Assembly (NCBI GenBank): GCA_963695335.1
Contig: OY968764.1
Span: 352,001 to 416,000, forward strand
Source: an uncultured bacterium
Lineage (GTDB): Bacteria > Babelota > Babeliae > Babelales > Vermiphilaceae
DNA: 64,000 nt
Reading direction: 5' to 3'
This document shows, piece by piece, positions 57,693-64,000 of this stretch. Positions within the stretch are counted from its first letter, which is position 1; each line of letters opens with the position of its first letter. Under the pieces are notes generated by a model. That model made no database searches. It saw nothing but the letters and a program-made list of their open reading frames with translations, and was not told the origin of the DNA. Position numbers and translations under genes: made by a program.

Positions 57693-57977
57693 TTAAAACG
57701 CAGGACCTGAATACGGCAATAATGCCATAACACGTGATTTCTTGATTTCTCCAGAAACATCACGTTGGTGACGTGCGCAGATTCCTGAAATACGTGAAGG
57801 TAAAATTTTACCACGTTCAGTCAAAAACCCTTTAAGGAATGTTGAGTTTTTGTAATCAAGATCATGCACTTGTTTTTTATCAACACAGAAACGGCATGAT
57901 TTTGGACGGTTGCTACCACGGCGTGAACGTTTTTTCACCAAGCGTGCGCTGATTTTTAATTTAATTTTTTTAGTCAT
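57693..57977 (-). CDS. rpsR: 30S ribosomal protein S18
   Basis: [28 protein letters not shown]. Confidence 0.96.
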   Translation of the reverse strand: MTKKIKLKISARLVKKRSRRGSNRPKSCRFCVDKKQVHDLDYKNSTFLKGFLTERGKILPSRISGICARHQRDVSGEIKKSRVMALLPYSGPAF

Positions 57978-58008
57978 ATTAATTCCTTAAAATTTCAAAT
58001 GGGGAGAT

Positions 58009-58446
58009 TTACTCTTCATCAACATCATCTCTGTCTTCAGCAGAGAAGTAATTAGACACTTTTTCTTTTGCAAAAGTTTCAGCTTCACGAGCTGGCGCTT
58101 CTTCAAGAGAGCGTGGTCTTTGATACGTAAGAGGTTGTTTTGGATCAAGAACCGATATCATGTCTCGCATAACAATAGTGTTAAATCTTACTTTGAACAA
58201 TGTTTTTAAGTCATTGATAAGAGTTGATTTTTCTGGAGCTTCAAAACGAGTAAGGAAGAAAACACCGTACTCATTTTTGTTAACGTCGTGGGATAATTTG
58301 TATTTTCCCCAACGCTCAAAAGAAATGATAGACCCTGAACCCGCTTTGACTGCTTTGTCTAACGTGGTTTCAATATTTTTTGCTTCGTCGCCGGTAATTT
58401 CCGGAACGGTGAGCATTAACGCTTCGTATTTGCGTAACGTTGCCAT
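58009..58446 (-). CDS. rpsF: 30S ribosomal protein S6
   Basis: RKYEALML, WGKYKL. Directly upstream of rpsR. Confidence 0.9.
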   Translation of the reverse strand: MATLRKYEALMLTVPEITGDEAKNIETTLDKAVKAGSGSIISFERWGKYKLSHDVNKNEYGVFFLTRFEAPEKSTLINDLKTLFKVRFNTIVMRDMISVLDPKQPLTYQRPRSLEEAPAREAETFAKEKVSNYFSAEDRDDVDEE

Positions 58447-58526
58447 GAATGAACCTTTATGATTTGGAAGTTATTATTATAACTATAAAGCTGCTTATGT
58501 GCGCTTTACTGAGGTTTGATACTCTT

Positions 58527-58598
58527 GCGCTCGTCCTGAGCCTGTCGAAGGATATCTTTGAGCGCGCTTTAATCCTTCAACAAGTTCAGGATGAGCGC
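58527..58598. repeat. Family A doublet upstream of rpsF
   Basis: GCGCTCGTCCTGAGCCTGTCGAAGGAT...ATCCTTCAACAAGTTCAGGATGAGCGC. Confidence 0.85.
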
Positions 58599-58701
58599 TA
58601 TGGGATATTTACAAAGACAAGAATCAATAGAGGGTATTCGTATAAACCCCTTCATATAAAACAGAATAGCAGAAACCCTGGGAAATACCAGTCTTTCTCA
58701 G

Positions 58702-58772
58702 CCCCAATCTACAAAAATTACGATTGGGGACCCCATTATAAGAAAAAAGAGCAGAAGCTCTCCATTTTGGGG
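58702..58772. repeat. Family C-like element
   Basis: CCCCAATC...GATTGGGGACCCCA...TGGGG twin hairpin. Confidence 0.55.
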
Positions 58773-58807
58773 AGAAATTCTGCTCCTGATTATAATTTTG
58801 CGGGTTA

Positions 58808-59485
58808 TTATGCAAATTTTTGGCTGCGTTGAATAACACGACCAATTATTCTGAAATGATCTTTACCACGAACCAACGCTATAGGAGGTTGTTTGTGGTT
58901 AACAGATTCAAGAACAATAAAGTCTTCAGTATACGTAACTTGCATAATTGCTTTGATTGGAGTATCGTTGCCAAATTCAACAGCAGCGATATCACCTGAA
59001 CGTGTCCATACTTCTGGGGAAACGATTAAATAATCACCTTTAACAAATGTTGGTGCCATTGCGTTGTTTTCAACACAAAGAGCAAACATTGCATTGTCAG
59101 CTGAATTGAATACTGGAACAAAAACATCTTTGTAACCAGTAGTAACTTGCATTAATTGATTGTTGTAAGGGGATGGATTTGATGGAATTTCTCCAACAAC
59201 AGGAACAACTTTAACTTGTAATTCAAGGTCAGATTGTTCAGGCATGCTGACATTTTTATCAATGTCATCAGTGCGTTGACGGTGTTCTGCAAATAGATCG
59301 ATTGGGCTAATTTCAAAAGCTTGAGATAATTTTCTTAAAGAATCTTCATTCCAACGGCGAGTACCGTTTTTGATATGGGTTAGATAACTTTCAGACATAC
59401 CAGTTTTTTCTGCTAAAATCTTAGTTGTCCAACCTTTTTCTCTGAGAAGTTCTTTGACTCGTAATTGAGTTGAAACTGAAACCAT
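58808..59485 (-). CDS. XRE-type HTH plus S24-like domain repressor (LexA/CI-like)
   Basis: LAEKTGMSESYLTHIKNG HTH. VPVVGEI, FALCVENNAMAP...GDYLIV, LESVN, IIGRVI. Confidence 0.85.
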   Translation of the reverse strand: MVSVSTQLRVKELLREKGWTTKILAEKTGMSESYLTHIKNGTRRWNEDSLRKLSQAFEISPIDLFAEHRQRTDDIDKNVSMPEQSDLELQVKVVPVVGEIPSNPSPYNNQLMQVTTGYKDVFVPVFNSADNAMFALCVENNAMAPTFVKGDYLIVSPEVWTRSGDIAAVEFGNDTPIKAIMQVTYTEDFIVLESVNHKQPPIALVRGKDHFRIIGRVIQRSQKFA

Positions 59486-59573
59486 TGCTTTATATCTCCT
59501 TAGAATGTGGCTATACTTACAGTAAATATTTGAAACTCTGTATTATTTCTAATTGTACGCATCTTGACGTCCT

Positions 59574-60311
59574 TTGTCAAATGGAAATGAAAAATCTATG
59601 GTCAAAATTAGACAAACAGGCAAGATAAAAAAAAACTCGTATGAAGCGGCTGCATGGAGCCAAAACGCAGTTGTTGTGGGCATTGATGAGGTTGGTAGAG
59701 GTTGTATCGCAGGCCCTGTGGTTGCTGCAGCGGCAATCTTACCCCTTAGCAAGGCGCATCGTAAGCTTAAAGACTCAAAAATCATGACTCAGCAAGAACG
59801 GGAAGATGCTTTTCGGTGGATTGCAAAACATTGTGCGTATGGCGTGGGGGTTGTGCATCATCGTATTATTGATCAGCGCAATATTTATCATGCAACGCTT
59901 ATTGCCATGAAAAAAGCACTGGTTAATCTTCTTGCAGTGTCATCTCAGCGGCCAACAGCTATTTTGACTGATGCTATGCCACTCGATTTAGCCGATACCC
60001 ATTTTGATGATATTCCTGTCTATTATTTCCCTAAAGGTGAATCCAAATCAAGTTCTATTGCTGCTGCATCTATTGTTGCAAAGGTTACCAGAGACGCCAT
60101 GATGGGCATATATGATAAGGTAATCCCTGGTTATCAATGGGTTGATAATAAAGGATATAGAACGCCTGTACATAAGCGTGCGGTCAAAGAGGGACAGCAT
60201 TCCATTATTCATAGGTTGCGGTATTTGGAGAATATAGAGAATAGGGAAGAAGTAGTAGAAGCGCAGTTATTAATAGGTGGTAGTGATGAACAAGGGCAGC
60301 TGTTTTGCTGA
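59574..60311 (+). CDS. rnhB: Ribonuclease HII
   Basis: GIDEVGRGCIAGPV, LKDSK, IAAASIVAKVTRD, NKGY. Start may be ATG at 59598. Confidence 0.95.
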   Translation: MSNGNEKSMVKIRQTGKIKKNSYEAAAWSQNAVVVGIDEVGRGCIAGPVVAAAAILPLSKAHRKLKDSKIMTQQEREDAFRWIAKHCAYGVGVVHHRIIDQRNIYHATLIAMKKALVNLLAVSSQRPTAILTDAMPLDLADTHFDDIPVYYFPKGESKSSSIAAASIVAKVTRDAMMGIYDKVIPGYQWVDNKGYRTPVHKRAVKEGQHSIIHRLRYLENIENREEVVEAQLLIGGSDEQGQLFC

Positions 60312-60900
60312 AGTAATTGAAAGCTCTTTAACCGGTTGGTTAGCGCAAAGCTGGGCATGGGATACGTTCCCAGAATTTGGCTCATTTGTAGCAATTGAAG
60401 GTAAAAAACGTACTGTGTTTGGAATTGTGCACCAAGTGCAAACTGGTTCCATGGATTCAGTGCGATATCCATTTCCCTATCAAAAAACAGAAGAAGAGCT
60501 GCTCAAAGAGCAACCGCAAATATTTGAATTTCTTAAAACAACCTTTTCATGTATCACCGTTGGGTATCAAGAAAAAAAATCAATATCATATCTTATCGCA
60601 CCAGAACCACCTAAAATTCATGCCTTTGTTGCACATCCCAGTACCGAATTAAGTAAAAACTTCTTTGCAAGCACTCGCTACATGCATCTTCTTTTTACGC
60701 ATTCTGCACAAATTTTTAATATGGATGAGTTGATGCTTGCATTATTAAAGCAACATATTGAGCTTAAGATCTTGACTCAAGATAAAATCAATTCGTTTAT
60801 GCAAACCTATTCGCTACTCACCGGCAATGATTATCGGCGTATTAAACTATTCTTACAACGAGCTGAGCATATGCTTGGCAATAATCAATTAGAATTCTAG
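60286..60900 (+). CDS. HAS-barrel-like protein
   Basis: AEVIES, PEFGSFV, VFGIV, EQPQIFEFL, PPKIHAFV. Family assignment is from recall of the motif pattern. Confidence 0.6.
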   Translation: MNKGSCFAEVIESSLTGWLAQSWAWDTFPEFGSFVAIEGKKRTVFGIVHQVQTGSMDSVRYPFPYQKTEEELLKEQPQIFEFLKTTFSCITVGYQEKKSISYLIAPEPPKIHAFVAHPSTELSKNFFASTRYMHLLFTHSAQIFNMDELMLALLKQHIELKILTQDKINSFMQTYSLLTGNDYRRIKLFLQRAEHMLGNNQLEF

Positions 60901-60974
60901 CGCACTTGATGTGCGTGCAGTTGCGTAGTAAAATAGAAAAATTATCTTATAGTTTTTAATTTCGTAGGATCGTA

Positions 60975-61772
60975 ATGAAAAGTTCTCATCAGATTATTTT
61001 TTTATTGAGTTATTGTATGTTTGGTACCGTTATTGCAATGGAAAAAGAATCCATCCAAAAGTTGAGTACAAAAGATACACGGTTTGTTGATGTTGTTAAT
61101 TATAAAGTTGTTGATAAGTTTGTGGATGGATATCCTATTCATTACGATAGTAAGTACGAGGTTCAGAAATATCACAAAGATACTATTTCTTTTGCTTTTC
61201 CTGTTAAATCCCTTGGTTTATTGCCCATCGAGTATTATGGTGAAAAAAGATTTTTTAATATATTGCCTGATTACTTTACAGGACCTTTAGGTAATCGAGG
61301 AGATATATTTACTGTTGCTGATCCTGCAATCAGACAGGCAGCTGTTGTTGGTGGAACTGTGCAATATCATGATAACACAATAGGTCGCATATATCTGTAT
61401 TTGGGATTTAATGTGAGTAATTTTAGATCTCTGCATAAAGGGCGTGAGAAAATTTATCCGGCAACAGTTATGGCTTTGCAGCTTATCAAAGAAGAGACAG
61501 AATATACACCTCGGTTGTCAAAATGGCATGCATTCGACGGTGTGATGCCTTTTGATGATACAGATATGATAGAAGAAGTTAAAAAACAACGTCCTGAAAC
61601 AAAAATCTCTGATTGGGATGATATTTTAGTGCGTTCTCTTATGAAAAAGTTACTTGGTAGAAATTTTCGTGATTTTAATTTTGAAGCGCGAATTTTTACA
61701 GAAAGTTATTGGAATAAAAGAGAAAAGGCGTTCAAAGAGATCATGAATAGTTCTGAAGAGAGTAAAAAATAG
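60975..61772 (+). CDS. Hypothetical exported protein
   Basis: Signal peptide ending VIA-ME. Confidence 0.7.
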   Translation: MKSSHQIIFLLSYCMFGTVIAMEKESIQKLSTKDTRFVDVVNYKVVDKFVDGYPIHYDSKYEVQKYHKDTISFAFPVKSLGLLPIEYYGEKRFFNILPDYFTGPLGNRGDIFTVADPAIRQAAVVGGTVQYHDNTIGRIYLYLGFNVSNFRSLHKGREKIYPATVMALQLIKEETEYTPRLSKWHAFDGVMPFDDTDMIEEVKKQRPETKISDWDDILVRSLMKKLLGRNFRDFNFEARIFTESYWNKREKAFKEIMNSSEESKK

Positions 61773-61800
61773 TTATATATAAAGTTGCAACAGGATTTAC

Positions 61801-62691
61801 ATGTTTAGTTTTATAAAAAATAAACTTCAAAAAATATTTAGCACAGTCACATCAAAGTTAGGTTCGTTTTTTAGTAGAACTACCATTGATGAAGCGGCTC
61901 TCAAAGAGTTAGAAATTTTACTCATTTCCAGCGATGTTGGTGTGAGCACCACACGTTCTATTATTGTAGCACTGCGCAAACAGATTGGCACAGGAATTAT
62001 TGATGGCGCACAATTAAAAAAATACATGCACGTTATTCTTTTGGACATTTTGACGCAACATAAAGCACCTGATTTGAGTGATCATAAGGTGTTTCTTTTT
62101 GTTGGAATTAATGGTAGTGGAAAAACAACAAGCATTGGCAAATTAGCGCATCAATATAAACAACAAGGCAAAAAAGTACTGTTAGTTGCAGCAGATACAT
62201 TCCGTGCAGCAGCTCCAGAGCAACTGAATCAATGGGCGTTGCAAGTGGGCGTTGATATTTTGATTGGCAAAGAAGGTCAAGATCCAGCATCGCTTGTGTT
62301 CCAGGGTTGTGAAAAATTTAAACATGATCATTACGACATTCTTATTATTGATACTGCGGGGCGCTTGCAGACAAAAATCAATTTGATGCATGAACTTGCA
62401 AAAATTAAGCGTTGTGTGCAAAAACAACTTGCAGATCAATCCGTTGTTACGTTACTGACAATTGATGCAATGCTTGGGCAAAACTCATTTGAACAGGCAA
62501 AATTGTTTAAAGAAAGCACTGATGTTTCAGGTATTATTTTAACCAAAATGGATGGTACTGGAAAAGGTGGTATTGTATTTGCAATTGCTCAAGAATTGAT
62601 TATTCCTGTTGTTTTTTTAACATTTGGCGAACAGTCTGATCAGATTAAGAAATTTGATGCGCAAGAGTATGTTACTGATTTATTAGGCTAA
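61801..62691 (+). CDS. ftsY: SRP receptor GTPase FtsY
   Basis: GINGSGKTT, DTFRAAA, DTAGRLQ, TKMDGTGKGG. Confidence 0.97.
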   Translation: MFSFIKNKLQKIFSTVTSKLGSFFSRTTIDEAALKELEILLISSDVGVSTTRSIIVALRKQIGTGIIDGAQLKKYMHVILLDILTQHKAPDLSDHKVFLFVGINGSGKTTSIGKLAHQYKQQGKKVLLVAADTFRAAAPEQLNQWALQVGVDILIGKEGQDPASLVFQGCEKFKHDHYDILIIDTAGRLQTKINLMHELAKIKRCVQKQLADQSVVTLLTIDAMLGQNSFEQAKLFKESTDVSGIILTKMDGTGKGGIVFAIAQELIIPVVFLTFGEQSDQIKKFDAQEYVTDLLG

Positions 62692-62693
62692 AG

Positions 62694-62721
62694 AAAATCC
62701 CCAGATTTTTCTGGGGATTTT
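62694..62721. terminator. Bidirectional terminator
   Basis: AAAATCCCCAGA-TTTT-TCTGGGGATTTT. Confidence 0.75.
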
Positions 62722-62725
62722 AATT

Positions 62726-63733
62726 TTATTTAACTGGTACAATATATTTTTTCATTTCTGCTGGAATCACAATATTCAACGCTTGCGCAGTCTGCATGTT
62801 CACAAATATAGCAGCCCTGTCCTTCGACCTGTCCGAAAAAGCCTTGGCGAAGTAGGAACCTAAAATAGGCAATTCATACGGTTTTTTGTGATCAATTAAA
62901 AGTTGCATAGCAATATGTGCTGCATCAACACCTGCTTGATGATAATCAACACCACGAGCCATTAATGGGCCGTATTGCACAAGCATATTATCACTTACAA
63001 TAAAAGGTTTTTGTGCTTTGCGTGCTAAGTCAGCAATCAGTGCAACGCTGTTTGCGATGGTGTTATCAGTTGGCGCAAGTAATGCGTCTACTTTACGCAA
63101 TGCGCTGATCGTTGCAGGTTCGATATCTGATTCAGATGCAACGCCGATTGTTACTGGAGTATAACCTGCACGTTCTAATTCTGTAACCATTATTTTTGAT
63201 GTAGCAACTGCATTGGTTTCAGCGGTGTTAAAAATAATTCCAACAGTTTGTATGTTGGGCAGCAGTTGTTGCATTGCTTCTATTTCAGCACGAACATTAA
63301 TCATATCACTTACGCCACAAATGTTTGATGCATCAAAACTGATCCCCAACTCTGGTGCAATAGTCACAGCTGCAATAATAATTGGTTTTGTGTTTTCAAC
63401 AGATGCCATTGCTTGCGCTGCAGGAGTTGCAATTGCATAGATTGCATCAATATCTTGGCGTGCATGGAACTGTTGTGCGATGGCATAGAGGGTATTAATA
63501 GAACCTTCACCGTTGCGGATGGTAAAACCAATATCGGCACCCAATTTTTTTTGTAGGCTGGTGATAAAACCATCTCGGGCAGCATCAAGTGCTGGGTGAG
63601 AAGCGGTTTGGATGATGCCGATAGTCCATGTATAGTTTTTTTCAGAACGATTGACTGTTTTTTTGATAATAATGGCACTGAACACAAAGGTTGCGATAAG
63701 GCAAATAGTTATGATTGCGCGATTGTTTTCCAC
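62726..63733 (-). CDS. ABC transporter substrate-binding protein (ABC_sub_bind type)
   Basis: HPALDAARDGF, IATPAAQA, NICGVSD, PTDNT, GVDY. Confidence 0.88.
   Translation of the reverse strand: MENNRAIITICLIATFVFSAIIIKKTVNRSEKNYTWTIGIIQTASHPALDAARDGFITSLQKKLGADIGFTIRNGEGSINTLYAIAQQFHARQDIDAIYAIATPAAQAMASVENTKPIIIAAVTIAPELGISFDASNICGVSDMINVRAEIEAMQQLLPNIQTVGIIFNTAETNAVATSKIMVTELERAGYTPVTIGVASESDIEPATISALRKVDALLAPTDNTIANSVALIADLARKAQKPFIVSDNMLVQYGPLMARGVDYHQAGVDAAHIAMQLLIDHKKPYELPILGSYFAKAFSDRSKDRAAIFVNMQTAQALNIVIPAEMKKYIVPVK
62816..62857. repeat. Family B element with a nested fragment, in frame (SYFAKAFSDRSKDR)
   Basis: CCTGTCCTTCGACCTGTCCGAAAAAGCCTTGGCGAAGTAGGA, 42 nt. Confidence 0.8.
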
Positions 63734-63828
63734 AAAATATCCTTTAAAATCTGAGATTTTCTATTGTTTACTATACCATACTATTTCATATATTTCATGT
63801 GCATGATAAATATGCTAGACTGGTAGGC

Positions 63829-64000
63829 ATGAATACAAAGTATGATGTGATGCATTACATTAATGATATTCGGCATAAAATTGCTCCTGCGTATGATGGG
63901 GATGAGATACTCAGTCAGCAGTATGCATGGTGGATATTGCAAGCTATTTGCAGCATGACAAAAACTGAGCTTATTATGAACGATACGGTCATGTTGAGTC
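63829..64000 (+). CDS. Partial ORF, possibly the N-terminus of PrmC/HemK
   Basis: MNTKYDV...QYAWWILQAICSMTKTELI..., open to the window end. Confidence 0.4.
   Translation, partial: MNTKYDVMHYINDIRHKIAPAYDGDEILSQQYAWWILQAICSMTKTELIMNDTVMLS

Noticed and set aside
57693..58446. Absence of ssb between rpsF and rpsR as a novelty
   Set aside because: Direct rpsF-rpsR adjacency is common in many bacterial lineages.
4622..58772. Palindromic repeats as a CRISPR array
   Set aside because: Copies are dispersed and variable, with no regular repeat-spacer period and no cas genes.
58449..58845. ORFs 58449-58832 and 58624-58845 as genes
   Set aside because: They span A and C repeats in the rpsF upstream region and show no recognisable protein features.
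58808..59485. Prophage marked by a CI-like repressor
   Set aside because: It is flanked by rpsF and rnhB, with no integrase or phage structural genes.
3352..63687. Many short antisense or alternate-frame ORFs in the track
   Set aside because: They overlap well-supported genes and show no independent motifs.

Overview
AT-rich bacterial chromosome segment. The gene content suggests an intracellular parasite of protists, most likely phylum Dependentiae/Babeliae (TM6); this is an inference, not a database result. Housekeeping genes (deaD, mutY, gatB, rng/rne, pal, mnmE, jag, tRNA-Gly, ruvA, ybeY, valS, tyrS, truB, alr, rlmB, ftsQ-like/ftsA/ftsZ, gpmI, truA, rpsR/rpsF, rnhB, ftsY) alternate with tandem paralog arrays of signal-peptide proteins. 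These candidate effectors include ankyrin-like proteins, three Nudix proteins, three putative ART-fold proteins next to a kinase, an F-box-like/ankyrin protein, a CaaX-ended peptide, an HPD/J-like protein, a secreted Hsp20 and six ~95-aa peptides. Two intact IS elements (IS5 family, IS200-type) each split a candidate effector gene, and both junctions can be reconstructed exactly. Two window-wide patterns stand out. (1) Three families of short GC-rich palindromic elements (~25 copies) nest inside each other and insert in frame into proteins, including FtsZ, FtsQ-like, ValS, Jag and TruA. (2) About 21 predicted exported proteins carry a second Met (mostly Met-Glu) right after the signal peptide. 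No CRISPR array, rRNA or prophage was seen.
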